Part shown: piece after piece, positions 48,351 to 58,937 of the stretch
Position numbering within the stretch: position 1 is the first letter of the stretch
How the letters are laid out: each line of letters begins with the position of its first letter
Source of the DNA: an uncultured delta proteobacterium
GTDB lineage: Bacteria; Desulfobacterota; Binatia; DP-6
Length of the DNA: 64,000 bases
Assembly: GCA_963815115.1 (NCBI GenBank)
Contig: CAWFFN010000009.1
Location: 1,472,001-1,536,000 of the forward strand
Direction of reading: 5' to 3'
Translations under genes and position numbers: made by a program
Notes under the pieces: generated by a model
Databases searched by the model: none
Told to the model about the DNA's origin: nothing
Seen by the model: only the letters and a program-made list of their open reading frames with translations

Positions 48351-48770
48351 ATGAGCGCAGACGAGGCCTGGGAGGGTGGATGCTTCTGCGGCGCCGTGCG
48401 CTGGCGTGCGACGGCGACACCCTACCATCTCACGCACTGCCACTGCTCGATGTGCCGCCGCGTCTCCGCCGCGGCATTCGTCACCTGGGCGAGCGTTCCG
48501 AGCGCCGACTTCGCGTTCGTCGCCGGCACGCCCACACGCCTGGAGTCGTCGCCGCGTGCCGTGCGGACCTTCTGCGGTCGCTGCGGCACGCCGCTCACCT
48601 TCCAGCTCCACGCGACTCCGCGGGAGCTCGACGTCACGGTGTGCAGCATGGATCACCCCGAGCGAATCGTCCCCGAGGATCACACCCAGACGCTGACCAG
48701 GCTGCCGTGGATCAAGCTGGCCGACGGGCTGCCACGGCACGAGACCGAGCGCCCGCCGGTGCGCGCCTGA
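48351..48770 (+). CDS. GFA/CENP-V family zinc protein
   Basis: GGCFCGAV, CHCSMCRR, FCGRCGT. Confidence 0.88.
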   Translation: MSADEAWEGGCFCGAVRWRATATPYHLTHCHCSMCRRVSAAAFVTWASVPSADFAFVAGTPTRLESSPRAVRTFCGRCGTPLTFQLHATPRELDVTVCSMDHPERIVPEDHTQTLTRLPWIKLADGLPRHETERPPVRA

Positions 48771-49356
48771 GACGGGTGCGGGCGCCGCCCGCGACGGACG
48801 TGTGGCGGAAGCATCCCACCGTGTGGTCGTTCACCATGCCCGTCGCCTGCATGAAGGCGTAGCAGATCGTGGGGCCGACGAAGCGGAAGCCACGGCGCCG
48901 CAGCGCGCGCGACATCGCCTCGGACGCGGGCGTCGCCGCCGGCACCTCCCGCGGTGCGCGCCAGCGGTTCCGGATCGGCGTGCCTCCGACGAACGACCAG
49001 AGATAGCGGTCGAGGCTGCCGTGCTCGTGCTGGACGGCCAGGACGGCGCGCGCATTCGCGATCGCGGAATCGATCTTCAGGCGGTTGCGAACGAGCCCCG
49101 GATCGGCCAGCAGCCGTGCGACGTCACGGCGTCCGAAGCGCGCCACGCGCCGGGGATCGAAGCCGGCGAACGCCACCCGGTAGCGCTCGCGCTTGCCGAG
49201 GATGGTCCGCCAGCTGAGCCCCGCCTGCGCGCCCTCGAGCACGATGAACTCGAACAGGCGGCGGTCGTCGTGCAGCGGCACGCCCCACTCCTCGTCGTGA
49301 TAGCGGACGTAGAGGGGATCGGTGCCGGCCCAGGCGCAGCGGGTCTTCGACGTCAC
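48712..49356 (-). CDS. tag: DNA-3-methyladenine glycosylase I
   Basis: RCAW, YHDEEWG, LEGAQAGLSW, GFRFVGPT, GMVNDH..C. Confidence 0.93.
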   Translation of the reverse strand: MTSKTRCAWAGTDPLYVRYHDEEWGVPLHDDRRLFEFIVLEGAQAGLSWRTILGKRERYRVAFAGFDPRRVARFGRRDVARLLADPGLVRNRLKIDSAIANARAVLAVQHEHGSLDRYLWSFVGGTPIRNRWRAPREVPAATPASEAMSRALRRRGFRFVGPTICYAFMQATGMVNDHTVGCFRHTSVAGGARTRLRRAPAGARSRAVAARRPA

Positions 49357-49388
49357 GGGCGCGACTGAACCATCCGCCCGCGGCCGAC

Positions 49389-49823
49389 TCAACCGCCGTG
49401 GTCGAACTTGTAGGTGACGAGCGCGCGGGCCACCGCGTGGCCGTCCGCCGTCTCGACGCGGACGTCGCAGACACAGATCGTGCGGCCGCGCTGCACCACG
49501 CACGCCTCGGCGAACAGGTCCTGCCCCCGTGCGGGTGCGAGGAAGTTCAGGCTGAAGCCGATGGTGGTCCCGCGCGGGTTGCGTGCCAGATCCGCGGCGG
49601 TCCACACCGCCGCGGTCGCGGCGACGTCGACCAGGACGGAGATGGCGCCACCGTGCACCAGGTCGCCGACCGTGGTCACCTCGCTCCGGAACGGAAGCCG
49701 GATGCGCGCGCGGTCCCGGTCGATCGCCGCCGTCTCCACGCCGAGCAGCTGGCCGAGCGGCGAGGCCACGATGGCGTGGCGGACGACGTCGTCGTTCGTG
49801 GGCACGGAGAGGTCCGCTAGCAC
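49389..49823 (-). CDS. PaaI family thioesterase
   Basis: VHGGAISVLVD, NFLAP, hotdog fold. Start may be GTG 49805. Confidence 0.85.
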   Translation of the reverse strand: MLADLSVPTNDDVVRHAIVASPLGQLLGVETAAIDRDRARIRLPFRSEVTTVGDLVHGGAISVLVDVAATAAVWTAADLARNPRGTTIGFSLNFLAPARGQDLFAEACVVQRGRTICVCDVRVETADGHAVARALVTYKFDHGG

Positions 49824-49900
49824 AAGCGGCCGCGACGGGGGAGCCAGGTGCGGGCGCCGCTTGAAGAGGCCGACGGGTTCCGGGAATACGTGGCCGCGAG

Positions 49901-51229
49901 GTGACCCCAGCGGCCCGCCGACGCCTGGCCCTCCTCCTCGTGTGGGTCGTCTCGCTCGGGCTCCGCGTGGTGTTCCTCCAGGGGATCGACCCGGGGGAAA
50001 CGCTGCGTGCCGACGCCTACACGTACGGCACGCTCGCCTCGAACCTGGCGAACCACGCCAGGTACTCCATGTCGCCGGCGCCCCCGTTTCAGCCCTACGT
50101 CTACAAGCCGCCGGGATATCCCGTGCTGCTCGCGCCTTTCTTCGCCGGACGCGATCTGCCGTCGGGCGCCGCCGCGGCGATGAAGGCGCAGGTCGTCGTC
50201 GGCTCGCTGCTGCCGCCGCTGGTGGTGGTCCTCGGACGTCGAGTCGTGCCCGGCGCGCTGGCCGTGCTCGCCGGCCTGCTCGCAGCGGCTTGCCCGGTCC
50301 TCGTGACCACGCCCGCCTTCTTGACGACCGAGGCCGTCTTCTCGACCGTGCTCGTCGTGACGTTGCTGCTGTCGGCTTCGCTGCTCGGGCGAGGCACGCG
50401 CCACCGCGCGGTGGCGACGGGGTTGTGCTGGGGGCTGCTGGCGCTGATCCGGAGCGCCGCGATGGCCTTGCCGGTGGGCGTCGCGCTCCACCTGTACTGC
50501 CGTGGACTGGCCGGCGATCGCCGCCGTAACGCGCTCGTCCTCCTTCTCGCCTGCGGGATCGTCGTCGGTCCCTGGTTGATCCGCGATCGTGTCGTCGGAC
50601 GGGACGCCACCTCGCCGGGGTACTTCACCGAGGTGTTCGCCCAGTCGATGTATCCGGATCTGCGCCTCGGGCATGCGGCCCGTGGCTACGCCTGGCTGGC
50701 GGATCCCGCGTACCCGCGGTTCACCACGTCCTTCGGAGCCACCCTCGCGGAGCTCTGGAGTCGTGCACGGCAGGATCCGTGGCTCTACGCGCGCTGGTTC
50801 CTGATCGGCAAGTGGCTGACGCTGTGGGAGTTCGACATGATCCAGAGCCCGGCGGTGCACATCTATCCCGTCGCGCACGGACTCTTCCGGACCGCGCAGC
50901 TGAACCCGGCGGGGGTCGACGAGCCCCTCGCGGGCTTCTACCGCGCCTTCCGTCGCCTGTATCCGATCGTCGTGGCGCTGGTCCTGGTCGGCGGCGTGCT
51001 TGTCCTGCGCCGGCGGCCCCGCGCTGGTGCGGAGCGGGAGCGGACCGTCGAGCTGCTCTACGTCGTGCTCGCGACGAACGTTCTCACCTACGGACTGACG
51101 TTGCCGGAGCCGCGCTTCATGATCCCGATGCGCCCGCTCCTCTATCTGCTGGCGCTCGCTACCCTGTCGCGGCTCCTCCGCTCGCCCGCCGTGGGCTTCC
51201 CACCGACGCGGGCGTCGAGCGGCGGCTGA
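49901..51229 (+). CDS. GT-C-type membrane glycosyltransferase (GT39/ArnT-like)
   Basis: DA..Y...A.NL, PPGYP, TEA, multiple TM segments, PRF..P. Confidence 0.7.
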   Translation: MTPAARRRLALLLVWVVSLGLRVVFLQGIDPGETLRADAYTYGTLASNLANHARYSMSPAPPFQPYVYKPPGYPVLLAPFFAGRDLPSGAAAAMKAQVVVGSLLPPLVVVLGRRVVPGALAVLAGLLAAACPVLVTTPAFLTTEAVFSTVLVVTLLLSASLLGRGTRHRAVATGLCWGLLALIRSAAMALPVGVALHLYCRGLAGDRRRNALVLLLACGIVVGPWLIRDRVVGRDATSPGYFTEVFAQSMYPDLRLGHAARGYAWLADPAYPRFTTSFGATLAELWSRARQDPWLYARWFLIGKWLTLWEFDMIQSPAVHIYPVAHGLFRTAQLNPAGVDEPLAGFYRAFRRLYPIVVALVLVGGVLVLRRRPRAGAERERTVELLYVVLATNVLTYGLTLPEPRFMIPMRPLLYLLALATLSRLLRSPAVGFPPTRASSGG

Positions 51230-51233
51230 GCGG

Positions 51234-52097
51234 CTAGGACACCTTCACGATCAGCTCTCCGAGTCGTTCGAGTCCCTCGGTCAGTCCCTCGGGGTCGAAC
51301 GCCGGCGGCGGGACCATGAAGCGCGAGACGCCGAGATCGCGCAGGCGCTTGACGCTGTCGACGTCGGGGACTCCGCGGCCCGACGTCACCTCGATGGCCG
51401 CCGGATCGCGTCCGACCTTCTGGCACTCCTCCCTCATGATGCCGAGCAGCCAGAGGAGCTTCTCCTCGTCCGTGACCCCGGGGAAGAAGCCGTCGCCGTA
51501 TCGCGCCGCGCGCCGCGCGGCCAGCTCGGTATGCCCTCCGACGACGATCGGAACGCCGGGCTGCTGCACGGGCTTGGGATGGGACTCGAGCTTGCCCCAG
51601 CGGAAGAACTTGCCCTCGAACGGCTCGGGCTCCGGCTTCCACAGCGAGCGCATCGCCCGCACCGTCTCCGCCGTGCGGGCCGCGCGCTCCTTGAACGGGA
51701 TGCCGAGGGCGTCGAACTCCTCCTCGAGCCAGCCGACGCCGATGCCGAGGATCACGCGCCCGCCGGAGAGCACGTCGAGGCTGGCCACCTCCTTGGCGAC
51801 GTAGAGCGGGTGGCGCTGGGGCAGGATCAGGATGCCGGTGGCGAGCCGCAGCCGCTTGGTCACGGCCGCGGCATAGGTGAGCGAGATCAGCGGATCGGGC
51901 AGCGGCAGCTGCTCCGGCGCCGGGATCTTGCCGGACGGGTCGTACGGGTAGGTCGACTGGTAGCCGACGGGGATGACGACGTGCTCGACCGCCCAGATCG
52001 ACTCGACGCCCACGCGCTCCGCCGTGGTGGCGAGGTGGGTGAGCGTCTCCGCGAAGGCGAACGGTCCGGCGTTCGCATACATCAGTCCGAATTTCAT
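51234..52097 (-). CDS. LLM-class F420-dependent oxidoreductase
   Basis: WAVEHV, DPLISL, LPQRHP, LSGGR..LGIGVGWLEEEF, PKPVQ. Confidence 0.88.
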   Translation of the reverse strand: MKFGLMYANAGPFAFAETLTHLATTAERVGVESIWAVEHVVIPVGYQSTYPYDPSGKIPAPEQLPLPDPLISLTYAAAVTKRLRLATGILILPQRHPLYVAKEVASLDVLSGGRVILGIGVGWLEEEFDALGIPFKERAARTAETVRAMRSLWKPEPEPFEGKFFRWGKLESHPKPVQQPGVPIVVGGHTELAARRAARYGDGFFPGVTDEEKLLWLLGIMREECQKVGRDPAAIEVTSGRGVPDVDSVKRLRDLGVSRFMVPPPAFDPEGLTEGLERLGELIVKVS

Positions 52098-52177
52098 CGG
52101 GGTGGTGGTACTACCCGGAGGACGACAGTGGAAGGCCCCGGTTGCGACGCCGCCGCAGCCGGGCAATACGGTCGGCC

Positions 52178-53122
52178 ATGGACCTCGTCGAGCTCGCACC
52201 CGCGGTGTACGCCTGCCTGCAAGAGGATCGCGGGCTCGGCACGAGCAACTCCGGTCTCGTCGACCGCGGCGCCGGACTCGTCGTCGACAGCTTCTGGGAC
52301 CTGCCGCACACGCGCGATCTGATCGCGACCTACGCGCGGGTGTGGCGAGGTCCGGCACGCCGGCTCGTCAACACGCACAACAACGGCGACCACTGCTGGG
52401 GCAACCAGCTCTTCTCCGGCGCCGAGATCATCGGCCACCGCCTGTGCGCGGAGAAGTTCGCCACCGAGAGCCCGCGCATGCTGCAGGCGTTGCGCGATGC
52501 CACGGGGAGCAGCGAGCCGGCGATCGCCGATCTCGCCGCGCAGCTCGCCGACTGGGACTTCTCGGGCATCGAGCTGACGCCGCCCACGACCCTGGTCGAC
52601 GAGCGGCTGGAGCTCGATCTGGACGGCATCGCCGTCCATCTCCTCTGGGTCGGCCCCGCGCACACCGCAGGCGACCTCATCGTCCACCTGCCGGGGGAGC
52701 GCGTCGTCTTCACCGGCGACGTGCTCTTCCGGCTGTGCACGCCGATCGGCTGGGAGGGGACGAGCGCGCAGTGGGTCAAAGCGCTGGACACGATCGTGGC
52801 GCTCGAGCCTGCCGTGGTCGTCCCCGGCCACGGCCCGCTGTGTGGCGTGGAGGGGCCGATCGAGATGCGCGAGTACCTCGAGTACGTCCGCCGCGAGGCG
52901 AGGCGCGCGTTCGCCGACGGCCTGTCCGCGCTCGACGCGGCCAAGCGCATCGACCCCGGCCCGTACGCGCGCTGGACGGCGCCCGAGCGCATGCTGTCCA
53001 TCGTCGAGCGCGCCTATCGCGAGCTGCGGGGCGAGCCCATGGACGCGCCGATCGACGTCCCCGGGCTCTTCCGCGGCATGTACGAGCTGCGCCAGGCGCA
53101 GCAGGCGCGGCGATCCGCATGA
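52178..53122 (+). CDS. MBL-fold metallo-hydrolase (cyclase-like subgroup)
   Basis: NTHNNGDHCWGN, AHTAGD, FTGD, PGHG. Confidence 0.88.
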   Translation: MDLVELAPAVYACLQEDRGLGTSNSGLVDRGAGLVVDSFWDLPHTRDLIATYARVWRGPARRLVNTHNNGDHCWGNQLFSGAEIIGHRLCAEKFATESPRMLQALRDATGSSEPAIADLAAQLADWDFSGIELTPPTTLVDERLELDLDGIAVHLLWVGPAHTAGDLIVHLPGERVVFTGDVLFRLCTPIGWEGTSAQWVKALDTIVALEPAVVVPGHGPLCGVEGPIEMREYLEYVRREARRAFADGLSALDAAKRIDPGPYARWTAPERMLSIVERAYRELRGEPMDAPIDVPGLFRGMYELRQAQQARRSA

Positions 53123-53748
53123 GCGCTCCGCAGGGCTCGTCGACGGCGCCGCTCGAGTTCTGGTTCGAGTTCGCGAGTACCTACTCCTATCCCGCCGCCA
53201 TGCGCGTCGAGGATGCGGCGCGCGCGGCCGGCGTGCCGCTCGCGTGGCGGCCGTTCCTCCTCGGTCCGATCTTCGGCGCGCAGGGCTGGAACGACTCGCC
53301 GTTCAACGTCTACCCGGTGAAGGGCCGCTACATGTGGCGCGACCTGGATCGCGTGTGCGCGAAGCAGGGCGTGCCGCTGCGGCGGCCGTCACGCTTCCCG
53401 CGCAACGGTCTGCTCGCGGCGCGCGTCGCGCTGCTCGGCGCCGACGAGCCGTGGGGCCCCGACTTCGTCCGCGGCGTCTACCGCGCCAACTTCGCCGACG
53501 ACCGGGAGATCTCCGACCGGCAGGTGATCGCCTCGCTGCTCGACGAGCTGACCGGAGATGCCACCGGCACCCTCCAGCGTGCCGAGGCGCCCGACAACAA
53601 GGACCGGCTGCGGAAGCAGACCGAGCAGGCCACGGCCCTCGGCATCTTTGGCGCGCCGTCGTTCGTCAGCCGGGGCGAGCTCTTCTGGGGCAACGATCGC
53701 CTCGAGGACGCGCTCACCTGGCACCGCGCGCAGGCTGGCGACGGGTAG
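53119..53748 (+). CDS. 2-hydroxychromene-2-carboxylate isomerase (DsbA-like) family
   Basis: FEFASTYSY, PFLLG, GIFGAPSF, LFWGNDRL. Confidence 0.88.
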   Translation: MSAPQGSSTAPLEFWFEFASTYSYPAAMRVEDAARAAGVPLAWRPFLLGPIFGAQGWNDSPFNVYPVKGRYMWRDLDRVCAKQGVPLRRPSRFPRNGLLAARVALLGADEPWGPDFVRGVYRANFADDREISDRQVIASLLDELTGDATGTLQRAEAPDNKDRLRKQTEQATALGIFGAPSFVSRGELFWGNDRLEDALTWHRAQAGDG

Positions 53749-54087
53749 CTTCCCAACGGCTGAACGGCGGCGTTGGTGCCTAGCCCCCGTGACGACTCGG
53801 ACGTTCTCCCGTTCCCCGGCTTCTGTGGCTTCCGGAGGGAGGGACAAGGATCTCGGACGGTGCACATGATGTCCGACGACCGGGCCTTCACGCTGTCTTC
53901 ATGCGTCGTGTGCAATGCTTCCGTTGGAGGCGGAAACGGGGGGCATCATGGAATTGCCGCTCCCTTGGTCCATGCGGCTGGCCTACGGCCCGGGTGCCTT
54001 CTCGCCGTGGCCTCGTCCGCGAAGCCGAGGGGGTGACCCCGGCATGGCGCCGTTGCGAGCAGGCGGCCAAGAACAGGGAGGAGACAC

Positions 54088-55008
54088 ATGTCGAAGCTCG
54101 GTCGAACGGTCACAGTCGGCGCGCTCGTCGTGGCCAGCATGGCCGGGGCCCGAACGAACGAGAACGCATGCAAGAAGTCCTCGCAGGCGATCTTCGACGC
54201 GTGCATGGCGGGCACGGCCAGCGACCGATCGCTCGCGATCGGCAAATGCTTCAACCTGAGCGACGCCGCGGCACGAAGAGCCTGCACTCAGCAGGCCTCG
54301 AACGACAAGAAGGACGCGTCACAGGAATGCAAGGACGAGCGTCAGTTCCGGCTGGCGACGTGCGCACGGCTCGGCGCTGCGCCGTACATTCCCGCGATCG
54401 ATCCGGCGAACTTCGTCGCCACGATCGACAATCCGTACAATCCCCTGATCCCCGGCACGACCTTCATCTACGAGGGACAGACCGCGCAGGGCCTCGAGCA
54501 CAACGAGGTGTCCGTGACCGCCAACACGAGGGTGATCTTCGGGGTCGCGTGCATCGAGGTCCTCGACACCGTCGAGCTCAACGGCGAGCTCACGGAGCGG
54601 ACGCTCGACTGGTTCGCCCAGGACAAGGATGGGAACGTGTGGTATTTCGGGGAGAATTCGGAGGAGGTGGCCGGCGGCCTCGTCGTCGATCTGGGAGGCT
54701 CCTTCGCCGCCGGCGTCGATGGGGCGCAGCCGGGCATCGTCATGAAGGCGCACCCGGCGGTCGGCGACTTCTACCGCCAGGAGTTCGACCTCGGAAACGC
54801 CGAGGATCTCGGGGAGGTGCTCAGTCTCACCGAATCGGTCACGGTGCCGGCCGGTTCATTCTCGAATTGCCTCCAAACGAAGGAAACCGAAGCGCTGGAT
54901 CCGAGCGCCCTCGAGAACAAATACTATGCGCCCGGGATCGGAAACGTGCTGACGGTCGATCTCGTCACCGGCGAGCGGTTGGAGCTCCGGCAGATCAAGA
55001 CGATGTGA
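54088..55008 (+). CDS. Secreted hypothetical protein (Cys-rich N-terminus + beta-rich domain)
   Basis: GGAGG RBS, signal peptide, spaced Cys, IDNPY, WFAQDKDGNVWYFGE, KYYAPGIG. Confidence 0.75.
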   Translation: MSKLGRTVTVGALVVASMAGARTNENACKKSSQAIFDACMAGTASDRSLAIGKCFNLSDAAARRACTQQASNDKKDASQECKDERQFRLATCARLGAAPYIPAIDPANFVATIDNPYNPLIPGTTFIYEGQTAQGLEHNEVSVTANTRVIFGVACIEVLDTVELNGELTERTLDWFAQDKDGNVWYFGENSEEVAGGLVVDLGGSFAAGVDGAQPGIVMKAHPAVGDFYRQEFDLGNAEDLGEVLSLTESVTVPAGSFSNCLQTKETEALDPSALENKYYAPGIGNVLTVDLVTGERLELRQIKTM

Positions 55009-55071
55009 GGCTGACAGCCGGGACAAGGGACCGAATTCCCGAAGGCTCACCGAACCGGACGCTCACCAGCC

Positions 55072-56388
55072 GTGCTCCGTCGGACGGCCTGCTTCCCTCT
55101 GGCTCTCCTGCTCGTCGGCGTCTTCGTGATGCGAATCTACTACGGGCTGAGTCTGGAGCTGCGGACCGGCGACGACGTCCAGGTCTACCTGCTCGGTCTC
55201 AAATTCTTCACGACCGGGCGGTGGCCGTTCTTCGGTCCCGACGTGTACCACGAGGCCCAGACGCAGCTTCCCGGCGCGCTGCAGGGACTCCTCGTCGGCG
55301 TGCCACTCGTCCTCACGCGGCAACCGGAGGCTCCGCTGATCCTGCTCAACATCCTCTCGTTCACGGGCGTGCTCGTCCTCGCGCTCTACTTCGCGCGGCG
55401 CTTTGCGGTGATGTCGGCGTCGCTCACCTGCGTGTGGCTCCTCACCTCTCCCTGGACGCTCTACTTCGGGACGCACGTGTACAACCCCTCCTACCTGCTG
55501 CTTCCGAGCTGCCTCTTCTTCGTCGCGTTCCTGGAGCTCATGCCGTCATGGGCGGCGAACCTGCTGCCGCCGTCGGCGGCCTTCCTGCTGCTGGGCCTCT
55601 CGCTGGGGGCGGCGTTCCAGCTCCACCTCTCGTGGCCCCTCCTGGTTCCGTTCCTTGTAACGGCGATCGTTGCTCGCGCGCGCGCGGGACTACTGACGCC
55701 TTTGCAGATCGGGTGGCTTCTTCTCGGGGCAGCCGGCCCGCTCGCGCTGCTCGGGCCTACCGTGGTCGCGTACGGCGCTTCCTCGCTGGTCGAAGCGCTC
55801 GGGCGCAACACGCGCGTCCATGGGCCCGGCGTTGCGGATCTCGTCACGATCGCCGCACGCTTTCTGTCGTTCGGCAGCTTCGAGATTCCGCACCTCCTCG
55901 GCCTGAGCGGGCCCGCGGAGAGCGCGTTGCTGCGCCAGAGTCCCTGGCTGGTCCCGCTCGTGGTCGCCTTGGGTCTCCTGGGCCTCGTCCAGCCCATCCT
56001 GCTGCTCGTCATCATGTTCCGCCCCCGCCTGTTCGCGCTTCCGGGCGATCCGTGCCGCGGCGTGCGCGGGCTCCTCGTCGCCACCGTGCTCCTCATCTGG
56101 CTGGCCTTTGTCTTCACGGGACGGCCCCCCACCGCGCGCAACTACTACATCCTCTGTCCCGTCGCGTTCCTCGCGGCGTACGTCGCGTTCGGATCGCTCA
56201 CCGCCGGCCCGAGAGCGCGGCGCTGGGTCTGGGCGATCCTCGCCTGCAACATCGTCCTTCAGATCGGCTTGGCGGCAGCGCGGCTCACGAGCGATCCGTG
56301 GACCGCGCGGCGAGCGACCGTCTCGCGCGCCATCCAGCTGCGCGACTACCGGATCCTGGGAGAGCGGCGGTCTCACGTCCGCTATTAG
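55072..56388 (+). CDS. Polytopic membrane protein, probable GT-C glycosyltransferase
   Basis: About 11 TM segments, WPFFGP..PG, YNPS, FQLHLS. Confidence 0.6.
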   Translation: MLRRTACFPLALLLVGVFVMRIYYGLSLELRTGDDVQVYLLGLKFFTTGRWPFFGPDVYHEAQTQLPGALQGLLVGVPLVLTRQPEAPLILLNILSFTGVLVLALYFARRFAVMSASLTCVWLLTSPWTLYFGTHVYNPSYLLLPSCLFFVAFLELMPSWAANLLPPSAAFLLLGLSLGAAFQLHLSWPLLVPFLVTAIVARARAGLLTPLQIGWLLLGAAGPLALLGPTVVAYGASSLVEALGRNTRVHGPGVADLVTIAARFLSFGSFEIPHLLGLSGPAESALLRQSPWLVPLVVALGLLGLVQPILLLVIMFRPRLFALPGDPCRGVRGLLVATVLLIWLAFVFTGRPPTARNYYILCPVAFLAAYVAFGSLTAGPRARRWVWAILACNIVLQIGLAAARLTSDPWTARRATVSRAIQLRDYRILGERRSHVRY

Positions 56389-56420
56389 GTGCGGCGCGCG
56401 GTGCCGAGTCGGGTTACGCC

Positions 56421-57191
56421 GTGAAAGACGCATCCGTTCTCGGCAAGGTCCCGGCGGTCACGCTCGGGTTCTGGATCATCAAGATTCTTGCAACCACCCT
56501 GGGCGAGACAGGCGGCGACACCGTCACCATGACGTGGAACCTTGGCTATCTCACCGGCACCGTGATCTTTCTCTCAGTGCTCGTCGTCCTCGTCATCTCG
56601 CAGGTCGCGACGAGGAAGTTTCACCCGTTCCTCTACTGGACCACGATCATCGCCTCGACCACGGCCGGCACCACCCTGGCGGATTTCGCCGACCGCTCCC
56701 TCGGCATCGGCTACGGCGGCGGATCGTCGCTGCTGCTCGGGTGCGTGCTCGCCTCGCTGGCGGTCTGGTATTGGGCCGAGGGCTCGGTGTCGGTGAACAC
56801 CGTGAACACGCCGCGGGTGGAAGCCTTCTACTGGACGACCATCACCTTCTCCCAAACCCTGGGAACGGCGTTGGGCGACTGGATCGCGGACGATACCGGC
56901 CTCGGCTATGGGGGCGGCGCGCTCGTATTCTCCGCCGCGCTCGCCATCGTCGCCGGGCTCTATCTCTGGACGCGCGTCTCCCACGTCCTGTTGTTCTGGG
57001 CCGCCTTCATCCTGACGCGGCCGCTCGGTGCCACCGCGGGCGATCTCCTCGACAAGCCGGTGAGCCACGGCGGGCTTGCGCTGAGCCGCCCGCTCGCCTC
57101 GGCGGTGATCGCGGTCATCATCGTCGCCTGCATTCTTCTCCTTCCGCAGCAGCCGGGCAGCCATCCCGTGCGAAGTGGAGGATCGTCCTGA
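56421..57191 (+). CDS. COG4705 / DUF347 membrane protein
   Basis: KVPAVTLGFWIIKILATTLGETGGD, FWAAFILTRPLGA. Confidence 0.88.
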   Translation: MKDASVLGKVPAVTLGFWIIKILATTLGETGGDTVTMTWNLGYLTGTVIFLSVLVVLVISQVATRKFHPFLYWTTIIASTTAGTTLADFADRSLGIGYGGGSSLLLGCVLASLAVWYWAEGSVSVNTVNTPRVEAFYWTTITFSQTLGTALGDWIADDTGLGYGGGALVFSAALAIVAGLYLWTRVSHVLLFWAAFILTRPLGATAGDLLDKPVSHGGLALSRPLASAVIAVIIVACILLLPQQPGSHPVRSGGSS

Positions 57192-57298
57192 GTCGCGGCG
57201 AGCATGCGGCAGATGAGTCGCGCACGACCTCGTTTCTCGATCGCCACGATCCGATCCTGCCCTCCGCTCGCGGGGCCTCGGCTCTCTCTCGAACCGAG

Positions 57299-58923
57299 CT
57301 ACCGCTCCGGCCAGCGATGGCCCGCGAGCCGCTCGCGCAGCTCGCGCTTGGCGAGCTTGCCGACGCTCGTCTTGGGCAGGGTCTCCAAGAAGACCACGTC
57401 GTCGGGGAGCCACCACTTCGCCACCCGTGACGCCAGCCAGGCGAGCACGTCGTCGCGCGTCACGGTCTGTCCGGGCTTCGGCACCACGCAGGCCAGCGGG
57501 CGCTCCTGCCAGCGCTCGTGCGGCAGCCCGATGACCGCCGCCTCGAGCACCTCCGGATGGCCCATGATGGCGTTCTCGAGCTCGACGCTGGAGATCCACT
57601 CGCCGCCGCTCTTGATCACGTCCTTGGCGCGGTCGGTGATCTGCACGTAGCCGCCGGGATCGATCGTGGCGACGTCGCCGGTGCGGAACCAGCCGTCGTG
57701 GAACGCGGCCGCCGGAGCGCGGGTCGTCGTAGTACGCGGCCGCCGACCCACGGGCCGCGCACCTGCGAGCTCGCCGACGCTCGTCGCCGTCCCAGGGCAG
57801 CGGCTGGCCGTTGTCGTCGACGACGCGGATCTCGACGCCGGGCAGCGGGTTGCCCTGCCTGGCGCGCACCGTGCGCAGCCGCTCGGCGCTCCAGTCCGCC
57901 ATGGTGCTGCGCGGACGTGACACCGTCGCCAGCGGCGAGGTCTCGGTCATGCCCCAGGCCTGGATCACCCGCATGCCGAGCGCATCGAAGCGCTCCAGCA
58001 AGCTCTCGGGCACCGCCGATCCGCCGCACGGGACGGCACGCAGGCTCGAGAGATCGAAGGACTCGCGCTCCAGGACGTCGAGCATGCCGAGGAGCACCGT
58101 GGGCACGCCGGCGGTGACGGTCACGCGCAGGTCCTGGATGAGCTGCAGCGAGGTCGCGCGGCGTCGGTTGTGCCCCGGGGTAGACCTGCGATGCGCCCAC
58201 CATGGTGGCGCTGAACGGCAGTCCCCAGGCGTTGGCGTGGAACATCGGGACCACGGACATGACCCGATCGGCCTCGCCGAGCCCGAAGGTGTCCGCCATC
58301 GCCTGCACGAAGCACTGCAGGACGAGCGCACGATGGGTATAGACGACGCCCTTCGGATGCCCGGTGGTGCCGGAGGTGTAGCACATGCCGGCGGCGTCGT
58401 GCTCGTCGAGCGCCGGCCAGTCCACGGTGTCGGAGGCCGCTGCCAGCAGGTCCTCGTAGCGATGAACGGGAGCGAGCCGTGTCGTGGGCAGCGGTCCGTC
58501 GCCCATCACGACGAAGGCGCGCACCGTCCGCAGGGCGTCGGCGTGCGGCTCGAGCTGCGTCACCAGCGAGTCGTCCACGAAGAGCACGGCGTCGGCGGCG
58601 TGGTTCACGATGTAGGTGATCTGGTCCGGGAAGAGCCGGATGTTGACGGTGTGCAGCACGGCACCGCTCGACGGCACGGCGAGGTAGAGCTCGAGGTGAC
58701 GATACGAGTTCCAGGCGAAGGTGCCGACGCGATCGCCGCGTCGCACGCCCAGCGCGTGCAACGCATTTGCCAGCCGGCACGCGCGCCGATGAACATCGCC
58801 GTAGGTGTAGCGGTGCAACCCGCCCGGCGTGCGGGTGACGACCTCCTTCGCGGGGAAGAGGAGCGCCCCCCGCTCGAGGATCGCACGGATGGTGAGGGGG
58901 GCGTCCATCATGAGACCGCGCAT
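57299..58923 (-). pseudogene. Long/medium-chain fatty-acid--CoA ligase interrupted by five 1-bp insertions (likely sequence errors)
   Basis: [44 protein letters not shown] and KTSVGK lie in different frames. Confidence 0.8.
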
Positions 58924-58937
58924 GGCTTTCCTCCGCG

